From a virus (Duplodnaviria > Caudoviricetes), in IMG/VR virus record IMGVR_UViG_3300020204_000065, positions 470-64,469 of that record: DNA of 64,000 bases; one strand, given 5' to 3'. Positions within the stretch are counted from its first letter, which is position 1, and every line of letters starts with the position of its first letter. Shown one piece after another: positions 56,434 through 64,000 of the stretch. A model generated the notes under the pieces. That model made no database searches. It saw nothing but the letters and a program-made list of their open reading frames with translations, and was not told where the DNA came from. Both the position numbers and the translations under genes were made by a program.

Positions 56434-57618
56434 ATGTCGGCTTACTCGGTGTTTGATTGGCCGCTTCAGAAGAACACAATCGGCTGGAAAGAGCGCCTGG
56501 CACTGACAAAATTTATTCTGACTTCTGATCGTTTTACAAACGGTCCCGAATGCCGCCAATTTGAAGACGAATGGAGTGAGTGGCAGGGTGCACCGTATTC
56601 CTTGTATGTAGCCAACGGTTCTGTAGCCAATTTCCTACTGCTTGATGCCGTACACGAACATTATTTCCCCGACAAAAAACAGCTGACGATTTTTGCGCCA
56701 GCCATCAACTGGGCCACAAACATCTCGACGTTCTGCCAACAGAACCACAACGTATATTTTTATGACATTGATTACGAGACGTACAGCCCGACTCTCGAGT
56801 CAGCCCAGCAGTTGTTCTTCAAGGGACTCCAGCCTGACGTTGTTTACCTGACACATGTTCTTGGAGTCTCCAATGACATGGAAAGGATTAAAGAACTGTG
56901 GCCCCATGCCGCCATCATTGAAGATTGCTGCGAATCCCACGGTGCCCGCGATGCCAAAACTGGCGTCAAAGTCGGCAACACAGGCATCGGCTCAACCTTC
57001 TCGTTCTACTTTGGACATCATATGACCACCATTGAGGGTGGCATGATTTGTGTCCAAGACGAAAAACTATATAACCTCTTGCGTGCCAAGCGTTCTCATG
57101 GTCTGTCTCGTGAGATGTTGCCGTCCTACAGGGCCGAAATCCAGGAGAAGTATCCGGATGTGGACCCCACTTTCCTCTTCCCCACTAAGGGATACAACTT
57201 TCGAAATGTCGAACCCGCCGCAGTGTTAGGTCGCGTTCAACTTAAGAAGCTTGACAGTTGGAATGAGCAACGCAGCAAGAACTATGCGCAATTCCGCCTG
57301 GAAATGATTGGGCGCTTCTGGTTCGATACGCTCCCTAAGCCAGAAGGGAACAGTGCCATGACCCTTCCTTTCCATTGCAAAGACGAAGACATTGCCGCTG
57401 AACTTAAGAAGTTTCTTCAGTTAATTGGCATTGAAACCCGTCCGTTCCTGGTGGGCAACCTCCTGCGCCAGCCCTTCATGGAGGATTATGAATCGTTGAT
57501 TCCTCTACCCAATAGCGAACGGATGCACACCCATTCGTTCTACATAGGCAATAACCACTTCATTAAAGAAGCCGACATCAAAGAACTCTCGAAGGTGATG
57601 GACCGATGCGGGTATTGA
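56434..57618 (+). CDS. DegT-fold PLP enzyme, ColD/E1-type 3-dehydratase
   Basis: EDCCESHG; SFYFGHHMTTIEGG with His where aminotransferases have Lys. Confidence 0.85.
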   Translation: MSAYSVFDWPLQKNTIGWKERLALTKFILTSDRFTNGPECRQFEDEWSEWQGAPYSLYVANGSVANFLLLDAVHEHYFPDKKQLTIFAPAINWATNISTFCQQNHNVYFYDIDYETYSPTLESAQQLFFKGLQPDVVYLTHVLGVSNDMERIKELWPHAAIIEDCCESHGARDAKTGVKVGNTGIGSTFSFYFGHHMTTIEGGMICVQDEKLYNLLRAKRSHGLSREMLPSYRAEIQEKYPDVDPTFLFPTKGYNFRNVEPAAVLGRVQLKKLDSWNEQRSKNYAQFRLEMIGRFWFDTLPKPEGNSAMTLPFHCKDEDIAAELKKFLQLIGIETRPFLVGNLLRQPFMEDYESLIPLPNSERMHTHSFYIGNNHFIKEADIKELSKVMDRCGY

Positions 57619-58343
57619 TTTGTAGCATCATCCGAAACCGGGAGCCATTTTTGTTTGGATGGAAGGATCAAATCTTTTGCCTGAAGGACGAAAACCCTGG
57701 CATCACCTTTGATCTTTCCGTTTTTGAAAACGATTCAGATGACGGCAGTGTCGATTATCTGCGGATGATTGAACCCGAGTTAAAGGAAGAGCTGGGCAAC
57801 GTCTGGATCCAGTGCATCAAAAAGGACTGGCCCTATTTTGGTTCCGTACGTGCAGAAGATCGCGTCAAGTATTTAGCGGAGGCCCGCAACGAATGCCTGG
57901 AAAAAGCCGAGCAAGAAGTCGGGCTAGCTCAGTACGACAAGGTTGTATTCATTGAACCAGACATTGACTTTGATCCGGAGGAGATCAGCAAGCTCTTCTG
58001 GACTGACGACGACATTTGTTCACCGTATAGTGTTCATCCTCTAAACGTCCAAAGTCATCGTTGGATTTATGACAGCTGGGCCACCCGTCTTTCGGTTGAG
58101 GATGACATCTTCAAGGGTCCACGGATCTATGAGATGCCACCCCGCCTGGATGTTGTTGCCACATTCAATTGTTTTTGTGTGTATCGCGCCAAACCATTTG
58201 CAGAAGGTGCACGTTTCTCCGGCATTAACCCATGGACAAAAACCTGGGACTGCGATACCACAAACATCTGCTATGAGTTTAGTATGCGTGGGTACGACCG
58301 TATTGGGCTCTACAATATTCTCCTGACCCACCTAGGGAATTAA
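57606..58343 (+). CDS. glycosyltransferase (GT-A-like)
   Basis: FENDSDDGS, LAEARN, EPDID, YDSWA. Confidence 0.75.
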   Translation: MRVLICSIIRNREPFLFGWKDQIFCLKDENPGITFDLSVFENDSDDGSVDYLRMIEPELKEELGNVWIQCIKKDWPYFGSVRAEDRVKYLAEARNECLEKAEQEVGLAQYDKVVFIEPDIDFDPEEISKLFWTDDDICSPYSVHPLNVQSHRWIYDSWATRLSVEDDIFKGPRIYEMPPRLDVVATFNCFCVYRAKPFAEGARFSGINPWTKTWDCDTTNICYEFSMRGYDRIGLYNILLTHLGN

Positions 58344-58534
58344 GGCAAACCGTACTGTCCTTTCAAGTTCTCCGTATTTGATCTAAATGGAAAAACTGCC
58401 AGACTATATCCAAGCGATAGAAGAGGGCAAGACCCTGGTCGCAAACCACAACAACCTATTGAAAAGCCTATTACTATCGAGGCAAACCAATGACAACAAC
58501 GTTTATACTGACCAAACAACCAACGGAAGCACAG

Positions 58535-58765
58535 ATGTCCCTCTCAACACAGGTGAAAGATTCAGTCAACCAAGCGATTCAACATCTGCGTGATGCTCTT
58601 GCGTTTGCTGCTCGGTCAGAACATTCAATCACGATTGGCACAATTTCAGACATCTTAATTCGCTGTGAAAGCATTGAGTCAATGGATGAAATCATGAATC
58701 GTTTTGGCAGCAAGTCAAAATCAGGTAATATGCAGATGCCAGAAGATATGCAAAATCTCGGCTGA
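58535..58765 (+). CDS. cyanophage-type hypothetical protein
   Basis: MSLSTQV...LRDALAFAARSE. Confidence 0.7.
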   Translation: MSLSTQVKDSVNQAIQHLRDALAFAARSEHSITIGTISDILIRCESIESMDEIMNRFGSKSKSGNMQMPEDMQNLG

Positions 58766-58776
58766 GGTTAAAACCC

Positions 58777-59598
58777 ATGGACAACCTGTTCTTCTTAAAC
58801 GGTCTTCCCCGTAGCGGCAACACGTTATTTAGTTGCATCTTGAATCAGAACCCTGACCTTTGCGTAACTGCAAAGAGCCCAGTGGTTTACATTCTTGAGA
58901 ACTTTTATAACCAGCTTGAAGAAGAACAGGAAGTTCATCTGGCTAATTTTCCTGATTACAAATCTTTTGACAATGCAATCACAGGAGCTGTAGAGGGTTA
59001 CTACAAAAACTGGACAGCGCCTTACATCATTGACCGTGCCCATTGGGGCACTCCAAACAACATTGAACTGATTAAAAAATACATCACACCTTCTCCAAAA
59101 TTCATCTGTTTGTATCGTCCTCTAGAAGAAGTTGTTGCTTCTTTTATTAAATGGGGCACAGAAAATGACAACATTATTTTTGATTCTGATATGAATCAAG
59201 ATGAGTTGTTTGAACGAGCAATTGAAGAGAACAACATTATTTCAGAGTGTCTTTATGCGTTCATTAATTTAGTTTCTACTGTTCATCCCGAATCGCTCTT
59301 ATTTATTACATATGATGATCTTGTAAATAAAACAGAACAAGTTATTGAAAGAACGTATGCATTTTTAGGGCTACCTAAATATGAACACAACCTTAATCAA
59401 TTAGACCAATTTGAATTAAATGGTATCACCTATGATGATGAACAATATGCAGGCAAAAACTTGCATAAAATTAGAACAGATGATATTCGCAAAGATGTTT
59501 ATAATTTGAGCAACTACTTATCTCCAGAACAACTTGAGCAGATGCAAGGGACATCATCATTGATTGAAGCCTTGGTAAATGCAAGAGGTTTAAGTTGA
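58777..59598 (+). CDS. sulfotransferase-family protein
   Basis: GLPRSGNTL, RPLEEVVAS, ITYDDLV. Confidence 0.85.
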   Translation: MDNLFFLNGLPRSGNTLFSCILNQNPDLCVTAKSPVVYILENFYNQLEEEQEVHLANFPDYKSFDNAITGAVEGYYKNWTAPYIIDRAHWGTPNNIELIKKYITPSPKFICLYRPLEEVVASFIKWGTENDNIIFDSDMNQDELFERAIEENNIISECLYAFINLVSTVHPESLLFITYDDLVNKTEQVIERTYAFLGLPKYEHNLNQLDQFELNGITYDDEQYAGKNLHKIRTDDIRKDVYNLSNYLSPEQLEQMQGTSSLIEALVNARGLS

Positions 59599-59771
59599 AG
59601 GAATCAAATCGACATCGCCTTACAGAAGAAGATAGACTTCAGAAATACTTTTGGGATTTAGAAAAGTTAATCCCCAATCCGCCTGCAAACTGGGCGGTGA
59701 ATGCTAAACCATGTAAGTGGGCTAAAATATTAGCAGAACGTAAAAAGAATCCTGATGTCTCAGGAGAATAA
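59595..59771 (+). CDS. small hypothetical protein (not in track)
   Basis: 58 aa from a TTG overlapping the upstream stop. Confidence 0.45.
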   Translation: MKESNRHRLTEEDRLQKYFWDLEKLIPNPPANWAVNAKPCKWAKILAERKKNPDVSGE

Positions 59772-60036
59772 ATATACTAAGCCGGAGTTACGCGAACGAA
59801 TTAAAGATCGTGTGATGGCTGGATCGAAGGGCGGCAAGCCTGGGCAGTGGTCTGCGCGTAAGGCTCAGCTTGTCGCACAGGAATATAAGTCTGCTGGAGG
59901 TGGTTATAAAGGTGGCAAGGGCGAGAAGCAAAAGTCGTTGGAGAAGTGGGGCAAAGAGAAGTGGATGACGAAGGATGAATATGAAAAGCGTAGTAAAGCT
60001 AAAGCTGCTGCCAAAAAATACAAGGACTCCAAGTAA
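59755..60036 (+). CDS. DUF5872-like protein, N-terminal half
   Basis: YTKPELRERIK...GGKPGQWSARKAQL...GGGY. Confidence 0.75.
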   Translation: MSQENKYTKPELRERIKDRVMAGSKGGKPGQWSARKAQLVAQEYKSAGGGYKGGKGEKQKSLEKWGKEKWMTKDEYEKRSKAKAAAKKYKDSK

Positions 60037-61130
60037 TGGAATTATTTCAAAAATTTCTTAATAAAATTAACCAGGGCTACAAAGAAGCAGATAAACGTTT
60101 AGGGGGACTTTTACCTGGAGGCGGCACAGGAAATCCGATGAGCAAAACTGTTGCAGCAATTAATCCACAAGATGCTCTTGGATATGCTGTTATGACTACA
60201 GCCCGTCCTGTGCAACAAACTCTTAGTAAAGCTATAAACAAACACATTGACTCAGGAAGCTGGAAAACAACGCAGAAAAAAGTTCCTGCTTTAATGAGTG
60301 AAGCAACTCTTGCAATGCAACGCCTAGGTAAGCCTGGTATTTGGAGTACCGTTTTTCCTTCTGCACAGCAATATAAAGAAATGGGAACAGGTAGTTTACC
60401 TTCAGGTATTCAATTAGATGTACAAAAAGGTGGTTCATATTCTACATACGGGCCTCATTTTGTACCTGACGAATTAGCAGTACGTGTTGGACCACAGACT
60501 CCCCCCTGGATTACCGCACATGAATTGGGACATGCTATTGATTATTATAAAAATCCCAAGGAGTTTGAGCATTTTAAAGATATTAATACGCCCAAGGGAA
60601 TGCAAAATAATTCAATGAGACAGCTTAGTCCAATTGCATTAACACTTGGAACCAGTGCATTAAAAAATGACGATAGACAAAATTCTTTATTAAGTGCGGG
60701 TATTGAAGGTGCGCTTAGTGGCTTAGGTGCTGACCAAAATAAATTGCGCATGGAAGCAAGAGCCGATCGATATGGCATGCCCCTAGCACAAAAAGCAGGA
60801 GTATCTTGGAACCACCCACAAAATATAATTGCAAAAGGAACTTATTTAACCGGCGCTTTATATCCAGGTTTTGCCCAAGGCGTTGTAGGAGAAGTTTTAT
60901 CCAGAGGAGCAGACACACTTAGCGGTTTATTGGGAACAGCTGTAAAAGCATTAAAAGGAACACAGTTAAGTCCAATGGAGCAATCTCTTTCTAAATATGG
61001 ATATGACCCCAGGCAACATGCTTTATCATTTAAAGGAAATGAGATTCAATTAAGATCTCGCAACCAAGCAGAACAAGCTTTATATGATTACATAACAGAT
61101 CCAAATAAACGGTTAACAACTGGTTATTAA
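60036..61130 (+). CDS. zincin-like (HExxH) protein
   Basis: AHELGHAID; EARAD; AT-rich relative to flanks. Confidence 0.65.
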   Translation: MELFQKFLNKINQGYKEADKRLGGLLPGGGTGNPMSKTVAAINPQDALGYAVMTTARPVQQTLSKAINKHIDSGSWKTTQKKVPALMSEATLAMQRLGKPGIWSTVFPSAQQYKEMGTGSLPSGIQLDVQKGGSYSTYGPHFVPDELAVRVGPQTPPWITAHELGHAIDYYKNPKEFEHFKDINTPKGMQNNSMRQLSPIALTLGTSALKNDDRQNSLLSAGIEGALSGLGADQNKLRMEARADRYGMPLAQKAGVSWNHPQNIIAKGTYLTGALYPGFAQGVVGEVLSRGADTLSGLLGTAVKALKGTQLSPMEQSLSKYGYDPRQHALSFKGNEIQLRSRNQAEQALYDYITDPNKRLTTGY

Positions 61131-61166
61131 TAATGGATTAACTATGGCAGACAAGGACAGTAAGTA

Positions 61167-61433
61167 ATGGAACTAGCAGGGAAATACGAAAGCATGCTAA
61201 CGGGCTATACACCAGATACGTTTCCTGATCAAATGTTTATGCAAGAAATTGCAAAACAAAGTCAAAATGATCCAGAGATGAGAGAAGCAGCTCTTGACTA
61301 TCAATATCCTTTTAAGATGTCTGAGCTACTAAACAGTAATTATTCGCCGCGAGTTAAAGAAGTAATTGCAAACGCCGCCAAAGTTCAACAGCCAACTTGG
61401 TCTGAGGTAAAGAAAAAACATGGCTTACGATAA
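61167..61433 (+). CDS. hypothetical protein
   Basis: 88-aa ORF. Confidence 0.6.
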   Translation: MELAGKYESMLTGYTPDTFPDQMFMQEIAKQSQNDPEMREAALDYQYPFKMSELLNSNYSPRVKEVIANAAKVQQPTWSEVKKKHGLR

Positions 61434-61623
61434 AGCAATTCAAAAGGGATACACCAAACGCTACTTACCAGAAAGTGCATGGGCCTCACTGTCTAAAAAA
61501 GAACGTGAGGAGACTGACCAAAAGAAAAGAGCTGGTAGTAAACAAGGTAAACAGTTTGTGCCTAACACTGAACGTGCGAAGAAAGCAGGACGTGCCGCCC
61601 GTCGTTACAAACAAGGTAAGTAA
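61420..61623 (+). CDS. DUF5872-like protein, C-terminal half
   Basis: TKRYLPESAWASLS...KKRAGSKQGKQFVPNT. Confidence 0.75.
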   Translation: MAYDKAIQKGYTKRYLPESAWASLSKKEREETDQKKRAGSKQGKQFVPNTERAKKAGRAARRYKQGK

Positions 61624-61654
61624 GTATAGAATCAGTAGAGATACTTTAAAGATC

Positions 61655-61798
61655 ATGGCTAAAGCAGTTCCCTCCAAAGGTAAGGCAGTACCTCCCAAGG
61701 GCAAAGCAGGTACTACTGATAAGCAAGCTGCTGCACGCGACAAGTTTAAAGAGATGATCGCTAAGAAAAAAGAAGCTGCCGCTAAAAAGAAAAAATAG
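61655..61798 (+). CDS. 47-aa Lys/Ala-rich protein
   Basis: MAKAVPSKGKAVPPKGK...KKKK. Confidence 0.65.
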   Translation: MAKAVPSKGKAVPPKGKAGTTDKQAAARDKFKEMIAKKKEAAAKKKK

Positions 61799-61835
61799 TG
61801 ATATGCTGACACACAATAGTGATATGCTGACACAC
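61794..61835 (+). repeat. perfect 21-bp tandem duplication containing an extended -10 (TGATATGCT)
   Basis: AATAGTGATATGCTGACACAC x2. Confidence 0.9.
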
Positions 61836-61953
61836 GGAGCAATACCGCTCTGGGACCAATAGTCGAAAGTCCCTCCACGTTACGAACGTGGTGCTTAGCA
61901 ACAAGTTGAGTGGGAAGGAAGTTATGATCCCGGTATAACAACCGGGATTTTTT
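61836..61953 (+). ncRNA. candidate ~118-nt structured RNA or leader ending in a terminator
   Basis: four consecutive hairpins plus ATCCCGGT-N6-ACCGGGAT-TTTTT. Confidence 0.5.
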
Positions 61954-62631
61954 GTGACTACTCTTGTTGCCAACATACCGCCAGTCAAGGTTTGGGTACG
62001 GCGTGAGTACTTGCGTGACTTGCGTGATGGCCATGGTGAGTACACACCAGGGTATTGGGTGACGTGCAAGTCATTGAGTGGTCGCGCTCTTTACTTTGAG
62101 ACGTACCTAACTGAATACGGTGCGTTGTACGACAAGCTTCCCATCAGTGCATTTCTTGCGTGGGATTCTAACCATCCGGAAAAACCAGAAAGTCCAACAC
62201 CAGACCTGGAGCTAACTGACCTGCAGTTCTGGAATGGATTTGATACAGGTTTGACGGTAATCGAAAAGAACCTGATCTATAACATGGAGTTCCAAGTTAT
62301 GACACGCAGTGCCGGTGTAATGACGGGCACATACCTATTTACGATTGACAACTATCATCCACATAGGAACGAACCTGACTTTTATTTTGCGGAGTTCCCC
62401 GATGAACACAAATCCCATAACATCGTGGCTTTGGACAACGGTCAAATTGGCGCTTATCCCAACAATCGTTGTCGAATGGTTGATCCATCGCTCACCAACC
62501 ATGAGCTAAAGACACCAGACTTTAAGGTATCAACACGATATTTTGATGTAGAACACGCCCCCAAGTGGGGTCGTCTTGGAGAATGTGATGATTACTTTTG
62601 GAAAACTCCAACTGAAAAAGTTGTAGAATAA
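61954..62631 (+). CDS. phage hypothetical protein
   Basis: LVANIPP..VWVRREYL...YDKLPISAF...EHKS...YPNNR. Confidence 0.8.
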   Translation: MTTLVANIPPVKVWVRREYLRDLRDGHGEYTPGYWVTCKSLSGRALYFETYLTEYGALYDKLPISAFLAWDSNHPEKPESPTPDLELTDLQFWNGFDTGLTVIEKNLIYNMEFQVMTRSAGVMTGTYLFTIDNYHPHRNEPDFYFAEFPDEHKSHNIVALDNGQIGAYPNNRCRMVDPSLTNHELKTPDFKVSTRYFDVEHAPKWGRLGECDDYFWKTPTEKVVE

Positions 62632-62651
62632 ACAGGTTCCCCCTCTCTTTT

Positions 62652-62812
62652 GATGGGGCATCACCACCCATACTGCTCTGTCGGTATGGTGCGTCCCAGG
62701 ATACGCTTTATCGTTTCCAATGGGTGCGCGTGATAGAGGTGCAGTCACTGTCTGGATACGCCTGGTTAACTCACAGCCCGATTGTCGGTACGCCAGTCAC
62801 ACTGCATCCATC
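62652..62812 (+). ncRNA. candidate large structured RNA (possibly manA-like)
   Basis: closing GATGG/CCATC, several nested stems, three TACGC junction repeats; directly before tRNA. Confidence 0.55.
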
Positions 62813-62829
62813 TATTATTTAGGGTACAA

Positions 62830-62903
62830 CGGGGATTAGCGCAGTTTGGTAGCGCAATTGCTTTGGGAGCAATGGGTCGCAGGTTCAAATCCTGCATTCT
62901 CGA
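62830..62903 (+). tRNA. trnP: tRNA-Pro (TGG), CCA not encoded
   Basis: full cloverleaf; anticodon loop TTTGGGA; T-loop TTCAAAT. Confidence 0.95.
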
Positions 62904-62974
62904 TTATCGAGAATCTCAATAAATTGCGTTTATCAAGAATCCTGATAAATTAGTTATATTAAGAACACGAGTAA

Positions 62975-63325
62975 ATGTTCTTAATGCCCATAAAAAACGC
63001 AGACAAAAACAGAGAATATCAGCTGGAATGGTATCACCAAAACAAGGGCCGCTTGAAGGATCGGATCAAAGATCGACGGTACAAAAACAAGCGGTTGATT
63101 GATGACTACAAAGAGGAGTTGGGCTGTGTCTGCTATACCTGTAACAAGTTAGAGCACCCGTCTGCTCTTGACTTCCACCATATGAATGAGGAAGAAAAGG
63201 AGTATACAGTTTCAAAAATGGCTGGATACAAATGGGAAAGAATAGAACAAGAAATTAAGAAGTGTATTTTACTGTGTGCGTGTTGCCACAGAAAACTTCA
63301 TAAAGGTTTAATATCCCTTCTTTAA
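62975..63325 (+). CDS. HNH endonuclease (Zn-finger type)
   Basis: CYTC...LDFHH...CILLCACCHRKLH. Confidence 0.85.
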   Translation: MFLMPIKNADKNREYQLEWYHQNKGRLKDRIKDRRYKNKRLIDDYKEELGCVCYTCNKLEHPSALDFHHMNEEEKEYTVSKMAGYKWERIEQEIKKCILLCACCHRKLHKGLISLL

Positions 63326-63375
63326 TTAGAACCGAATACCCAATGCACCTAATTGTAGAGCCATCATCTGTTCCT

Positions 63376-63993
63376 CTAAAAGAAGTTAAGTGCAAGACGT
63401 GGTAAGTCAAATTTAGTTGGTGCTGCTGCACCAATGTTTGCAGCACCAAAGCGAGACTTTAATAAAACATCAGCAACTGCAGGGTTTTTTTGATTGGCTT
63501 TTAACCAGTCTTGCAAAGCACCGTGCATAGGTTGTTGAATTTCTCTACGAACTTCTTCAGTTGTTACGTTTGAACGTAGTAGATTATCTTTTTTTGCTTG
63601 TTGTAAAAGGCTTCCAACTAATCCCATATGTTTACCAGCTAAGGCTGGATTAACACCATAGGCTTGAAGCATTCCCCCAAATTGACCAACAACTTGAGAT
63701 GCAAGTCCTGGATTTTCTACAACTAAAGATCCCATAGGGCTCTTTAACGTATTGCGGATCATGCTGCGAGAAAAGTCAGGACTTTGTCCAACTTGCCCTA
63801 AGTAATAAAGACCTTCATACAATGCATCTGGTGTAATGTTTTTCTTAACAGCTTCTTGAGTAAAACGATCAATAATTTGACGCGCTTGACCACGCGTCAT
63901 TGCAATGTCACCGTATTCGACAGGAAGATTAGATACTGAAGCAGGATCAAAAAATTCCATCAACCGTTTCGCAACGTAGCTTTGATTTGCCAA
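63376..63993 (-). CDS. hypothetical protein, may extend beyond the window
   Basis: at least 205 aa. Confidence 0.6.
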   Translation of the reverse strand: MANQSYVAKRLMEFFDPASVSNLPVEYGDIAMTRGQARQIIDRFTQEAVKKNITPDALYEGLYYLGQVGQSPDFSRSMIRNTLKSPMGSLVVENPGLASQVVGQFGGMLQAYGVNPALAGKHMGLVGSLLQQAKKDNLLRSNVTTEEVRREIQQPMHGALQDWLKANQKNPAVADVLLKSRFGAANIGAAAPTKFDLPRLALNFF

Positions 63994-64000
63994 GCAGCCT

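Noticed and set aside
61794-61835. CRISPR-like repeat
   Set aside because: Two abutting copies, no spacers, no cas genes seen
1-64000. Stop-codon recoding
   Set aside because: Recognisable genes are full length under the standard code and the tRNA is not a suppressor

Overview
This is a 64-kb segment of a tailed dsDNA phage, most likely of picocyanobacteria. The host is inferred from an NblA-like gene, a cyanobacterial-type integrase relic, TTTTCCACA boxes and cyanophage-style metabolic genes. The gene set recalls S-EIV1-like cyanophages, from memory only and not verified by search. Layout: (i) 462-5070, a minus-strand cluster of small early-type ORFs separated by repeated structured intergenic elements; (ii) 5076-5560, a non-coding control region with DnaA-box-like and Fur-box-like sites; (iii) 5.9-30.4 kb, plus-strand virion genes (internal/ejection-type proteins, TerS candidate, TerL, portal overlapping a scaffold candidate by 500 nt, a major capsid gene split after codon 4 by an 825-nt group I intron carrying an antisense HNH endonuclease in its P1 loop, a circularly permuted M23 peptidase, SLT); (iv) 30.5-37 kb, accessory, lysis and nucleotide genes (dead integrase domain plus Xis-like HTH, HNH, lysozyme, NblA-like, DUF3310, dcd, MTase-like with altered catalytic motif); (v) 37-46.5 kb, tail fibres, Gly-rich proteins and endolysin; (vi) 47-59.6 kb, primase-helicase, exonuclease, speD and a sugar-modification set (cupin, GT4, gmd, ColD-like, GT, sulfotransferase); (vii) 59.7-64 kb, a split DUF5872-like gene with inserted cargo, two candidate structured RNAs, tRNA-Pro(TGG) and an HNH gene. 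All family calls come from motif recognition by eye; no database search was run.
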